A stretch of 64,000 nt of DNA, from the IMG/VR virus record IMGVR_UViG_3300018432_000001, positions 78,478 to 142,477 of that record; one strand, written 5' to 3'. The DNA comes from a virus. A program made the position numbers and the translations under genes. Below, piece by piece: positions 55,616-64,000 of this stretch; within the stretch, counting starts at the first letter, position 1, and each line of letters begins with the position of its first letter. The notes under the pieces are model-generated. The model saw only the letters and a list, made by a program, of their open reading frames with translations. It was not told the origin of the DNA and searched no databases.

Positions 55616-55873
55616 TTACCGGTAGTCGTTTTCAAGGGCTGTGTTGGCGAGACGCCGCAGGCAGTGGACGCAGTCCACCGGCTTCGCGACCTCGTCGAAA
55701 TACGTGTTGGTCTTGCGGACTTTGCCGCTGCGGCACAGCATGTACCGGGTGCGCAGCGGCCAGCCCTTCCCTTCCAGTGGTGGCCACTCGTCGACGAACC
55801 CGGCGTGGACGCGAGTCTCGCCGGAGCGGACGGTGGTGACGTTCTTCGTGCGGGTGGTGGTGGGGTGATCCAC
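55616..55873 (-). CDS. Hypothetical Zn-finger-like protein
   Basis: H...C...DCVHC; GAGAGG RBS. Confidence 0.5.
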   Translation of the reverse strand: MDHPTTTRTKNVTTVRSGETRVHAGFVDEWPPLEGKGWPLRTRYMLCRSGKVRKTNTYFDEVAKPVDCVHCLRRLANTALENDYR

Positions 55874-55883
55874 GGGGGTCCTC

Positions 55884-56291
55884 TCAGTCAGGGGCGTACG
55901 TGTGGGCGCAGTCGTGGGCACAGCACCGCGCGGGCCGAGGGGCGGAAGGGGGCACCACTTCGGCGTCGTCCAGCTCCCGCCACTGGGGTGTTTCCGTCAG
56001 GTAGATCACCTGGTCACCGCAGGCCTGGCAGCGGACGGCATAGTGGGTGCGAACCGGATGCGCCGGGTAGTGGTGGGGGACGGACTTCAGCCGCTTGCCG
56101 TCGGCGATCCGAGAGGGGCTCACTACGCGCCGACCGGTCCGCGCCGGAGCGACCGTGGTGCCGAAGCACTGCAGGAGCGGACCGGCGAAGTCGCAAACGC
56201 CGCAGGACAGGTCCAGGTGGGTGGCGCGGATCTGGCGGCTCCAGGGGCCCCAGTCGGGGGATTGCCGCCAGGCCCCTTCGATAACGGTCAT
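55884..56291 (-). CDS. Zn-ribbon hypothetical protein
   Basis: CGVC...CQACG. Confidence 0.55.
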   Translation of the reverse strand: MTVIEGAWRQSPDWGPWSRQIRATHLDLSCGVCDFAGPLLQCFGTTVAPARTGRRVVSPSRIADGKRLKSVPHHYPAHPVRTHYAVRCQACGDQVIYLTETPQWRELDDAEVVPPSAPRPARCCAHDCAHTYAPD

Positions 56292-56311
56292 CCCCACATT
56301 GTCGCGCAGGC

Positions 56312-56674
56312 CTACGACACCGGGGGTTCCGTGTCCCGGTCGTAAACGTCACGGTAGAGCGTGGCCTTCTCGACCAATTCCTCGTGGTGGGCATCGAGGA
56401 TCGCCTTGGCCAGTACTTCGGCTTCAGGGTTGAACGCCCAGACCATGATGTTCTTGCGGGTGGCGTCGTACCCGGTGTGGACGGCCAGCTTGTGCCGCTC
56501 CAAGCGCGCGATCCCGTACCGCACGCCGGACTCGCTGATGCCGTTGAGGTCGGAGACCAGGTCACGGGCACTGCGGAACGGCAGGCCGCCTTGGTGGTAG
56601 TCGTGACGTAGCACCCATAGCACGGCCACGGCCGCCCCGGTGACCTTCGGATTTTTGGAGTCGCGCGCACGCAT
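56312..56674 (-). CDS. Winged-HTH protein (putative)
   Basis: SARDLVSDLNGISESGVRYGIARLERHKL. Confidence 0.55.
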   Translation of the reverse strand: MRARDSKNPKVTGAAVAVLWVLRHDYHQGGLPFRSARDLVSDLNGISESGVRYGIARLERHKLAVHTGYDATRKNIMVWAFNPEAEVLAKAILDAHHEELVEKATLYRDVYDRDTEPPVS

Positions 56675-56704
56675 CGTTGCTCCCTAATGGTCGGTGATGG
56701 GGGA

Positions 56705-56739
56705 ACGGCTCCGGACGCCGTGGCGGCGTCCGGAGCCGT
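56705..56739 (-). terminator. Hairpin terminating the conservon-like operon
   Basis: ACGGCTCCGGACGCC / GGCGTCCGGAGCCGT 15-bp stem. Confidence 0.7.
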
Positions 56740-56764
56740 GGTCGAATCGGTGGGGTGGGTAGGG

Positions 56765-57340
56765 TCAGCCGGTGAGACCGGCGCGTTCGGCGACGCGGGC
56801 CTCGACCTTGCGCGCCCAGCCCTTGATCCATTCGAGGTGGGGCTGCTTCCATTCGTGCTCGACGTCGCTGATGACCCACACGGTCAGGACGACGTCGCCG
56901 TTAGGGGCGCAGACCTCCTCGCCGAGGTAGGAGCGGACGCCGAACTCGATGGCGACGATGTTCGTGGAGTAGCGGGGGTGGTCGTTCGTGTTGATCGCCA
57001 GCGGGCGCCGCCGCTCGGTCACCACGATGCCGCAGTAGCCCATCTTGCCGGTCATGGTCCGGTCGGCTTCGGTGATCGGGCCGAGGTCGGCTCGCTTGTC
57101 CAGGCCGATGAAGTACTGCTCGCAGCCCGGCATCACAAGGTTCACGCCGACCTCCATGGCATGGCCCTCACCCATCATGGCGTCGAACTCGGCGAGCATC
57201 TGCTCGGCGATCGCGTCGTACTCGGCGTCGGGTTCGGGTCGCAACCCGAGCTGGGTCTGCAGCGCGGCGCGTTCAGCGCCGTGCGGGTCCTCGGGGGCCA
57301 TCGAACGGAACTCGCCCTTGGATCGTTTCGGGTCGGTCAT
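56765..57340 (-). CDS. GAF-domain protein (conservon accessory, CvnF-like)
   Basis: QYFIGL, RTM....GYC..VV..RR.PL, HPRYSTN..V...GVRSYLG. Confidence 0.8.
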   Translation of the reverse strand: MTDPKRSKGEFRSMAPEDPHGAERAALQTQLGLRPEPDAEYDAIAEQMLAEFDAMMGEGHAMEVGVNLVMPGCEQYFIGLDKRADLGPITEADRTMTGKMGYCGIVVTERRRPLAINTNDHPRYSTNIVAIEFGVRSYLGEEVCAPNGDVVLTVWVISDVEHEWKQPHLEWIKGWARKVEARVAERAGLTG

Positions 57341-57377
57341 GATGCGCTCCTAAACAGGGTGGGTGGGGTGTGTGGGG

Positions 57378-57752
57378 TCAGAGGCGGCGATGGAGCCCCG
57401 CGAGCAGGGCCTTCAGCATCTGCACGTCGGCGGGATCGGCCAGCTGCGGCGAACGCGCTTGTACCGCACCGGCTTTGATGAGATCGGACACCAGTACTTT
57501 AACAACTGATCGGGGCAGGTGCAGGTGAGCTGACACCTCCGCGACCGACATCGGCTCGCTGCGGCACAGCAGCAGCACCTGGCTGTGCTCCCCGCCCAGC
57601 TCGCCGACGCCGTCGGCGAACCGTGCCCCCTCAATCGCGGCGACCAGTGTGGTGATGTCGAGCTTCACGCTCGCCCTGGTGCGCCCCCCGGTAGCGGTGT
57701 AAGGGCGCCCCAGGGGGCTGTCGCGGACCGGCTCGTCATGGTCGGCGCTCAT
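57378..57752 (-). CDS. DUF742 protein (CvnC-like)
   Basis: RPYTATGGRTR, SVAEVSAHLHLP..VVKVLVSDL, LLAGLHRL. Confidence 0.9.
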   Translation of the reverse strand: MSADHDEPVRDSPLGRPYTATGGRTRASVKLDITTLVAAIEGARFADGVGELGGEHSQVLLLCRSEPMSVAEVSAHLHLPRSVVKVLVSDLIKAGAVQARSPQLADPADVQMLKALLAGLHRRL

Positions 57753-57759
57753 GGCGTCC

Positions 57760-58209
57760 TCACCGCGCGGCGGGACGCTCAGGGGTGGGAAGGAAGGACC
57801 GGACGCTGGCGACGAACTTCTGCGTCTCGAACCCCACCAGCGCGGCATCGGCCTCGCGGGTGGTGACCACGGCCAGGACGGTGCCCAGACCGGCCGAGGA
57901 GATGAACAGCAGCATGTCGTCCAGCTCGACCAGCACTTGGCGGACGGTGGTGGACGCGGGCACCACGGGCGCTTCGCTGTCCGTAGCTGCCACGATGGCG
58001 GCGCTGCGCGCCAGGGAGAACAGGCCCGAGGCGGTGGCGGCGAGCTGGGCAGCCTGCTCGGTGCCCAGGCCGACAGCGCACCGGGTGATGCCGTCCGAGG
58101 ACAGCAGCATCGCGCCGTGGGAGTGGCGGATGTCGGTAAGCATCTGCTGCAGCCGCACGGTCAGGTCGGTGCCGTCGATGAGGGGGACGGTGAAGGAACG
58201 GTCGGACAC
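57760..58209 (-). CDS. Roadblock/LC7 (MglB/CvnB-like) protein
   Basis: AMLLSSDGI, QLAATASGLFSLA, VRQVLVE, LAVV...ADAALVGFE. Confidence 0.9.
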   Translation of the reverse strand: MSDRSFTVPLIDGTDLTVRLQQMLTDIRHSHGAMLLSSDGITRCAVGLGTEQAAQLAATASGLFSLARSAAIVAATDSEAPVVPASTTVRQVLVELDDMLLFISSAGLGTVLAVVTTREADAALVGFETQKFVASVRSFLPTPERPAAR

Positions 58210-58254
58210 GGGAGTCTCCTTGATAGTGATCGGGATGGATGAGGTGGTTGAAAA

Positions 58255-58608
58255 TCAGGGGGCCGGGGGCAGTTCGTTGCGGTTGAAGCGGGGGACGTGT
58301 GCTTTCTCCAAATCGATCTTGCCCGCCCGCGTACCCCGGACGTATTCGATCAGCTGCCGTTCGATGATTTTGCACTGCTCGGTTTCGAACCGCTTGGCGA
58401 ACACGCGCACCGAAGCCGCAATGCCCTCACGCCAGCGGGCGACAACTTCCAGGGGCTGCCCGGGTTCATCGAGGATGGGGACCACAATGCGCCGGGCCTC
58501 GTTCTTGGCCTCGACCGTGCCGGTGAACCCCACCTGCATCTGCTCGTCGCCGATGCCGATGAGCAGGTCGATCTCCTCGACCGCTCGCCATTCGTCTTCA
58601 GGCTTCAT
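58255..58608 (-). CDS. Hypothetical protein
   Basis: ORF within the operon. Confidence 0.5.
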   Translation of the reverse strand: MKPEDEWRAVEEIDLLIGIGDEQMQVGFTGTVEAKNEARRIVVPILDEPGQPLEVVARWREGIAASVRVFAKRFETEQCKIIERQLIEYVRGTRAGKIDLEKAHVPRFNRNELPPAP

Positions 58609-58612
58609 GGGA

Positions 58613-59164
58613 TCAGTTCCCTTCCGGATCGGGCATCAGCAGCAGCGCATCGCGCAGGCGCCGCGCCGCTTCGGCCGGGGAGTGGCCGTCCCATTCGGGC
58701 GGTAGCGGCACCTCAGGAACGGCGAACAGGTTCCAGTCGGCGTTGGCGTAGTGGAAGCTGACCTGCCCGGTCGGCAGCTCGGCGACGACAATGAAGTACT
58801 TGCCGTCAAAGCAGCGCTCGCCGTCGTGATGACGGCGGGACTTGACGACCTTCCAGCCCTTTGCCAGCCACGCGGGCGTCGCGTGCGCGTGCAGCAGCAG
58901 CCGGGATTCGTAGAGCTCTTTGTGGGTGTGGAACCCGTCCGAAGCTTCCCCGGAGGCCAGTTCAGCACGAAGCCGGTGCACCTCGGCGCGGTAGCCGAGC
59001 AGCACCGCCAGCCCGTTCTCGGTGAGTTTCTGCGGAGGTTCGGCGAGATAGTCGGTGCCGCACTCCAGGCAGATCATGTGCGTGGTCTCGCGTGTCCGTC
59101 CCGAGCAGGTCAGACAGGCACTCCCGGCCCCCAGTTGCTGGACTTGGGCACTCTTTTCAGCCAT
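58613..59164 (-). CDS. Conserved phage protein with a WDGH-type domain
   Basis: FHT..ELY..R, KSRRHHDG, FIV.AELPTGQVSFHY, WDGH. Confidence 0.65.
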   Translation of the reverse strand: MAEKSAQVQQLGAGSACLTCSGRTRETTHMICLECGTDYLAEPPQKLTENGLAVLLGYRAEVHRLRAELASGEASDGFHTHKELYESRLLLHAHATPAWLAKGWKVVKSRRHHDGERCFDGKYFIVVAELPTGQVSFHYANADWNLFAVPEVPLPPEWDGHSPAEAARRLRDALLLMPDPEGN

Positions 59165-59429
59165 GGCTCTCGCTCCTGTCCTGGTTGAGCCCGAAAGCGC
59201 GGATGCGGCTGTGCGGGCAAGCCGGTTCGGTCTCGAACCAGCCGTGCTCCTGGCAGTATCCATGGTGGTCGAACGTGCACAAGCTGTCCTCGTAGAGGTC
59301 GAGCACCAACGTGCGGAGCCGGTCGATCTCGGCGAGGAGACGCGGGACGCTGTCGTACTCATCGACGCCCCGATAGTCCTCACGGATTGCTTCCAGGTCG
59401 GCGTCGGTGAGCGATTTGGCGGACGTCAT
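59157..59429 (-). CDS. Hypothetical protein
   Basis: VPRLLAEIDRLR; C.FDHHGYCQEH...CPH. Confidence 0.55.
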   Translation of the reverse strand: MTSAKSLTDADLEAIREDYRGVDEYDSVPRLLAEIDRLRTLVLDLYEDSLCTFDHHGYCQEHGWFETEPACPHSRIRAFGLNQDRSESHG

Positions 59430-59665
59430 CGGGCAGTGCCTTTCTCGGTGGAGCGGGAGACAGCGGCCATGCCGCACGTGCAGGTGCCGCTGCCTTCGAT
59501 CCGGCAGCGCTCGAAGTGCCACCAGTGGGTGGACTCCGGTCGCGCCGTCGACAACGGCCCCAGTACCACGGTGGAACCGTCCAGCGCGCACGAGCTGATC
59601 GCTTCGGCCAGGATCATTGGACCGAAATGCATCTGCAGGGCCCACATGGGGGGTATCGCTTTCAT
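59426..59665 (-). CDS. Hypothetical protein
   Basis: ATGA coupling; H..C...CTCG. Confidence 0.5.
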   Translation of the reverse strand: MKAIPPMWALQMHFGPMILAEAISSCALDGSTVVLGPLSTARPESTHWWHFERCRIEGSGTCTCGMAAVSRSTEKGTAR

Positions 59666-60081
59666 CGCCTGGCTCCGCTCTGGGGGAGTGCGAGGGAGCC
59701 GCCCTCGCTCGGGAAATCTTCCGGCCGCGCCCGCGCCGCCGCGCTGGTGCCGGTGCCGATCCACTCGATGCGTTCGCTGCGGGTGACATTGCCTGCCTCG
59801 TTGTGCAGCTGCGCACCGTGGTAGCCGATATGCGGCCACCGGTCGCACTGGTAGACGTCATAGACAGCGTCGCACTTGTGGACCGGCTGCGCCAGCCCCG
59901 ACTTGCGGCCGATCGTCCACCGCGACCCATCGGCCGCGATGTGGTGGCGCGGACTGCGTGCCTTGCTCTGCTCGTGCCCCCGCTGGCGCTTGCAGCGGCT
60001 ACCCCCATGATGGGCCTCGCACCGAGGCCTGCCATCGGGCAGCGGGGCATCGTTGGGAAAATCGAAAGGAAGGGTGGACAT
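59662..60081 (-). CDS. Cys/His-rich hypothetical protein
   Basis: Two C..C...GH..H units. Confidence 0.5.
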   Translation of the reverse strand: MSTLPFDFPNDAPLPDGRPRCEAHHGGSRCKRQRGHEQSKARSPRHHIAADGSRWTIGRKSGLAQPVHKCDAVYDVYQCDRWPHIGYHGAQLHNEAGNVTRSERIEWIGTGTSAAARARPEDFPSEGGSLALPQSGARR

Positions 60082-60310
60082 GCGATAACGCTCCGCGCGG
60101 TAATGAGACCGGCCGGGTGGGAGGAACCAGCCGTACCTGCCGGGTGTACTGCCAGTTGGGCTCCCGCATCCCGATCGACCATTGCGTGTTGTAGTCGTTG
60201 GCCGCTGCCGCAGCCGCCTCAGAATCGACGTAGGCCAGCAGGGGATGATCCGGGCCGCCGTCAACGGCCAGCAGCACCGTGATCTCCTCAGGCCAGCCCC
60301 CGTCGTTCAC
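59999..60310 (-). CDS. Hypothetical protein
   Basis: GTGA coupling; overlaps the next gene. Confidence 0.4.
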   Translation of the reverse strand: MNDGGWPEEITVLLAVDGGPDHPLLAYVDSEAAAAAANDYNTQWSIGMREPNWQYTRQVRLVPPTRPVSLPRGALSHVHPSFRFSQRCPAARWQASVRGPSWG

Positions 60311-60582
60311 GATGCCCCCTGCTGTGACTCCAGCGCCAGCCGATTGCGCCGCTGGCGGTCGTAGCAGCAGGCCTCACGTGTGTGACCGGCTTCGATGTCG
60401 TCGGCGCCCTTCATGATCGCGTCGGTGACGGCGTCGATGAGGGCCCATCGGGACAGGTCGCCGTCGGGAAGGTCGTCGAACAGGCGCCCGTGCAGGGATT
60501 CGCATTCGAGCCATTCGGCGACGCTACGCCACTGCGGCGCATCGGCGGGAGGGCCGTAACCACCCCAAAGGTCGCGAGCCAT
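60307..60582 (-). CDS. Hypothetical protein
   Basis: AAGGAG RBS. Confidence 0.5.
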   Translation of the reverse strand: MARDLWGGYGPPADAPQWRSVAEWLECESLHGRLFDDLPDGDLSRWALIDAVTDAIMKGADDIEAGHTREACCYDRQRRNRLALESQQGAS

Positions 60583-60637
60583 CACGGTCTCCTTCGACGT
60601 CGTAATCAGGTGCTTTCGCGTTGTTCGAGGCCAAATC

Positions 60638-61522
60638 CTACCGGGATGAGGTGTCGGCCTGCTGCGCTTTCGCGGCCTGGCGCGCCTTCTTCGCCTCCGC
60701 GCGTTCGGCGCGGACCTGGCGCCGATCCCCGGCATACCGCTGCAGCGCCCGCGTGACCACCAGCGACATCTCCGCACGGTTGCGCTTGGAGTGCAGCTCC
60801 TTGACGTCTCGCTCGCTGAGCAGCACCGCCACCTCCACGTAGTGCCACGTGCGCCCCGGCTCGGCGGCCTTCTCCGGCGGGGGCGGCGCGTCGCACTGCT
60901 CCCGCAGGAACGCGTTCAACACCCTGCCGATCCGTGCCCGCGCCGTCCCTTCAGCACCGGTCGCCCCTTCGGCGAGGATCTGCACGTCGACCTCGGGGAA
61001 GCGGTTCACCGTGAAGTACAGCCGGTACCAGACCCGCTTGCCTTTCGAGCCCGCCACGATCCCGGTCTCGGCCACGATGCGCATGATCTCGTGCAACGGC
61101 GCGCCCGGGTAGTCGAAGACGACCGTTCTGGCGGTGGCACCACCGGGCTCGGACGGCTCCAGTATCTCCCACTCGTACGGGGTCGGTCGCCGGTAGGCTC
61201 CCGGCAGTTTGAAGATCGGCTGCGGGGACAGCAGCAGGTGTTCCTCCTCGAACGACTGGCGCATCTGGATCGCACTGACCGGCGGCACCGGATCGGGAGG
61301 ATTCGCGCCGCGCCGCTTGCACCGCCCCAACAAGGCGATGAAGTCACCGGGCATGAGCCTGCCCAGGTTGCCCAGGCCCTGCTGACCGGTGGTCTTCTGG
61401 ATTTCGTGGGCGACCAGCCGCAAGTCGTACGCTTTCGGGTCCGACTGCCAGTCGATGATCATGGCGGCCAAGGTATCGAAATACGCCTCGCGCTCCAGCG
61501 CGGCCTTGATGTCGGGGTTCAT
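60638..61522 (-). CDS. Hypothetical protein with a C-terminal RHH-like segment
   Basis: 294-aa ORF. Confidence 0.6.
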   Translation of the reverse strand: MNPDIKAALEREAYFDTLAAMIIDWQSDPKAYDLRLVAHEIQKTTGQQGLGNLGRLMPGDFIALLGRCKRRGANPPDPVPPVSAIQMRQSFEEEHLLLSPQPIFKLPGAYRRPTPYEWEILEPSEPGGATARTVVFDYPGAPLHEIMRIVAETGIVAGSKGKRVWYRLYFTVNRFPEVDVQILAEGATGAEGTARARIGRVLNAFLREQCDAPPPPEKAAEPGRTWHYVEVAVLLSERDVKELHSKRNRAEMSLVVTRALQRYAGDRRQVRAERAEAKKARQAAKAQQADTSSR

Positions 61523-61592
61523 CGTTCAGCAACCGCCTTTCGCGGGGCCCGGGGGGAGGAGTGGGGGATCATACGGTTGACACATCATTCGT

Positions 61593-61976
61593 TCATTGCT
61601 TCCTGTTCTCGGGAGGAGCGGGGGCGACGGTGTAGACCGCCAAGTAGTCGAACACGGTCGAGCGCCCGATCAACACACCGGCCGTCCAACCATGGGCGGC
61701 GGCCTTGCGGTCGATCTCTTCGGGGCGCCACGATTCCAGCGGCACATTGTGGCACGAGCCCTCGATCCGGGCGCAGTACCCGCAGTACACGGTCATCTCC
61801 TTGCCCAGCAGCATCAGTCGCCAGCCGTCGCCGCTCAGGTCGATGCCGACCTCATCGGAGCGGCCACGGATGCAGTCCATGACCAGGGACATCGGCCGAT
61901 CTAGTAGCCCGCAGAACCGGCACGGGCTGGTCAGCTCGGCGATGAGCGCCAGGGTGTTGAAGTCGTCGTCATTCAT
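61593..61976 (-). CDS. Zn-finger hypothetical protein (leaderless)
   Basis: TACGCT-6nt-ATG; CRFC and CGYC. Confidence 0.55.
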   Translation of the reverse strand: MNDDDFNTLALIAELTSPCRFCGLLDRPMSLVMDCIRGRSDEVGIDLSGDGWRLMLLGKEMTVYCGYCARIEGSCHNVPLESWRPEEIDRKAAAHGWTAGVLIGRSTVFDYLAVYTVAPAPPENRKQ

Positions 61977-62010
61977 GCGCGCAGCGTAGAGAGGATACCG
62001 AATCGGTGTG

Positions 62011-62430
62011 TCAGGGTGCGGGGTGCAGCAGGTGGGAGACGTCCTCGGCCGGGCCGAAGTCGGCGGTCGCGCCGGTGACGTGGGCCCACAGCAGGTCGTT
62101 GCCCCACATGGGCCAGTGGTCGTCGTACCCGATGCGGTGCTGCTCCCAGCGGCGACCGTCAGGGGTGCGCCACAGCGACCGGCGCACCTGCTGCTCCTCG
62201 GTTTCGCCGTCAATGCAGCGGCAGACCGAGACCGTGCGGGTGAACGTGGCCTCCCACGGGCCGTCGTCGCCGTGGGGTATGACCATCCGGTAGTGGAAGC
62301 CGTCGCCGGGGAGGGTGTCCTCGGGTGGCGATTCGGCGACCAGTCCCCAGGAGAGGTAGCCGTAGCGGCCGAACTCGACGATGTGGCCGACCACCGGGAC
62401 TACATGCGGGCCTTCCAGCCGTGTGGTCAC
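62011..62430 (-). CDS. Hypothetical protein
   Basis: GTGA coupling. Confidence 0.5.
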   Translation of the reverse strand: MTTRLEGPHVVPVVGHIVEFGRYGYLSWGLVAESPPEDTLPGDGFHYRMVIPHGDDGPWEATFTRTVSVCRCIDGETEEQQVRRSLWRTPDGRRWEQHRIGYDDHWPMWGNDLLWAHVTGATADFGPAEDVSHLLHPAP

Positions 62431-62912
62431 GACGCTACCTCAGCGAATCCGGCAGGCCACGCATGGCAGCCACAGGGGATATCCCCCCCGCGCCGCTGCC
62501 AGACGGCGTACGCGGTTTCGGCCTGCTCCTCGGACCACGACTCGGTGATGGTAAGGATCTTGATGGCGATACGCAACTGTTCGAGCGGCTGATGACGTTC
62601 GCTCGCCCAGTCGGGGTGCCCGTAATAATAGGCGGTGTCGTGCACCTGGTGACCTTCCGGCCATCCCACGTTGGGCACGAATTTCGTTGCTTCGGTGGGG
62701 ATGTCGCCAGCCTCAATGCGCGCGATGGCCCGGGTGAGGTACGTGATGGTGTTGCGTGCCTCGTCGCCGACCAACAGCTCGGTGTTGTGGTCTTCGAGGT
62801 GAACGTGCAGGGGGCCACCGAGTTCATCGAGTGCGAACAGGGAGCTAGCGAGGTCGCAGAAGGCGTCAAGGCCTGCGGGCTCAGCAACGAGCACGTCGTC
62901 AGTGCGGGTCAT
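62427..62912 (-). CDS. Hypothetical protein (GGPLH..LED.N motif)
   Basis: TAAGGT-6nt-ATG. Confidence 0.55.
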   Translation of the reverse strand: MTRTDDVLVAEPAGLDAFCDLASSLFALDELGGPLHVHLEDHNTELLVGDEARNTITYLTRAIARIEAGDIPTEATKFVPNVGWPEGHQVHDTAYYYGHPDWASERHQPLEQLRIAIKILTITESWSEEQAETAYAVWQRRGGDIPCGCHAWPAGFAEVAS

Positions 62913-62929
62913 TCGCGTACCTTACGCTC

Positions 62930-63259
62930 TCATTCGTCGCTTTCGTCTGCACGACGTTCCCACAGCTGCCGGTAAGAAGGCTCCTCGTGCCAGCGGCGTG
63001 CGTGCTCGACCATGCGAGGCCCGGTGAGCAACGCGATGACCAGGTTCTCGAACACCATGGCAGCGGTCACAACGACATTGAACAGGCCTGCCACGACCGG
63101 CAGCACGGGCAGTATCGACACCAAGCCGATGAGTACGCAGGCCACGACCGCATAGAAGGTCATGGCGATGATGATTACGGCGCGCTGATGTCCGGGGGAG
63201 GGAGCCGGTACCGGCAGCCCGTGTGGGCCTACCCTCCGGCGCTGGGTTTTATCCTTCAT
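62930..63259 (-). CDS. Membrane protein
   Basis: Long hydrophobic hairpin. Confidence 0.55.
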   Translation of the reverse strand: MKDKTQRRRVGPHGLPVPAPSPGHQRAVIIIAMTFYAVVACVLIGLVSILPVLPVVAGLFNVVVTAAMVFENLVIALLTGPRMVEHARRWHEEPSYRQLWERRADESDE

Positions 63260-64000
63260 CGGGATCGCAGTCCTTTCCGTGGGATCTCTCGATTGCCTGC
63301 CAGTGTCGCTGGTGTGCGCTTACCGACCATGCCGAGAGCCGCTCCCAGTCCGGCGCCGGAGCCAACGGCGTCCGACCCCTCTCCATTGCCTGCATCATCC
63401 GCGCCCGCAGCGACCGGATATCCCACAGCACCTGCTCCAGATCCGGCACGCCCCCCGACTTCACCTTCAATACGCACTGCCGTTCCGGCTCCGGCATCGG
63501 CAACGTGAGCCGCCCGTGCTCGGCGATCTCCAGCCCCTGATATCCCAGCCGCAGCGCATGCGAGGCGAACTTCGTGTCGTACCCGTACTTCGCCACCAGC
63601 TCCGGACGTTTCGGCATCGAACCCCGAGGGCCCTTTCCCAGCAGCTTCTGCACCTGGCTGTCGAGGTAATGCGCCGACCGGTCCACGACCTTCCCCGACA
63701 AGAACGCGGGCGCCAGCGCCCGCAGCTCCTCGCCCAGCTCGCTCGTGGCGTACACCGACTTCTCCGGCGCGAACAGCATCGACAGGACCGTGGGGTTCCC
63801 GTCCGTTGCCAGCCGCAGATACTTCCGCAGTGCATACAGCACTCGGTCGGTATCGCCTGGTTGCGAGCGGCGCCCTTCCGCCTGCGTCCGGTACGTGTAG
63901 GTGTCCATGGGTTTCGCCAGGCCGATCACACAGCCAGCAGGTTCGATGAACACCCCCATCTCGTCGTGGTCGTCGGTGCCCGCGATCGCGATGCCGTGCA
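63249..64000 (-). CDS. Pol-beta-superfamily nucleotidyltransferase (RlaP/YcgL-like), 5' partial
   Basis: HG.....DDHDEMGVFIEP, LRKY..LA..GNPT.L..LF, YGYDTKFASHALRL. Confidence 0.8.
   Translation of the reverse strand, partial: HGIAIAGTDDHDEMGVFIEPAGCVIGLAKPMDTYTYRTQAEGRRSQPGDTDRVLYALRKYLRLATDGNPTVLSMLFAPEKSVYATSELGEELRALAPAFLSGKVVDRSAHYLDSQVQKLLGKGPRGSMPKRPELVAKYGYDTKFASHALRLGYQGLEIAEHGRLTLPMPEPERQCVLKVKSGGVPDLEQVLWDIRSLRARMMQAMERGRTPLAPAPDWERLSAWSVSAHQRHWQAIERSHGKDCDPDEG

Overview
GC-rich actinobacterial siphovirus-like element, probably a phage-plasmid. No capsid, terminase, lysin or integrase is visible in this window. Left arm (+ strand, 1-23873) is a tail/virion module: a PKD-decorated major tail protein, FN3- and PKD-array proteins, Cys-rich neck and tail proteins, tail chaperones, a 1262-aa tape measure and two paralogous receptor-binding proteins built on a degenerate GDPD barrel. 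It is interrupted by an antisense initiator-type tRNA-Met and an antisense ParA cassette. Right arm (mostly - strand) carries a Cas4-like nuclease / Sak4-like ATPase / SSB module, an RHH-PemK-like toxin-antitoxin pair, a RusA-like resolvase, an HTH replication initiator with an internal iteron origin, UvrD- and RecD2-like helicases, a nucleotidyltransferase and many small genes, several apparently leaderless. Host-derived cargo includes a sulfotransferase, a GH26-like glycosidase, an XRE-TPR (NsdA-like) regulator and a truncated conservon (roadblock + DUF742 + GAF, without kinase or GTPase). The most unusual signals are: (1) six canonical tRNAs preceded and interspersed by non-canonical tRNA-like RNAs (minihelices and multi-arm folds, some ending in ACCA); (2) the truncated conservon; (3) a PKD domain split between the major tail protein and the next gene, with the same half-domain repeated on a second tail protein. 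All calls come from reading motifs and base-pairing by eye; no database searches or folding programs were run.
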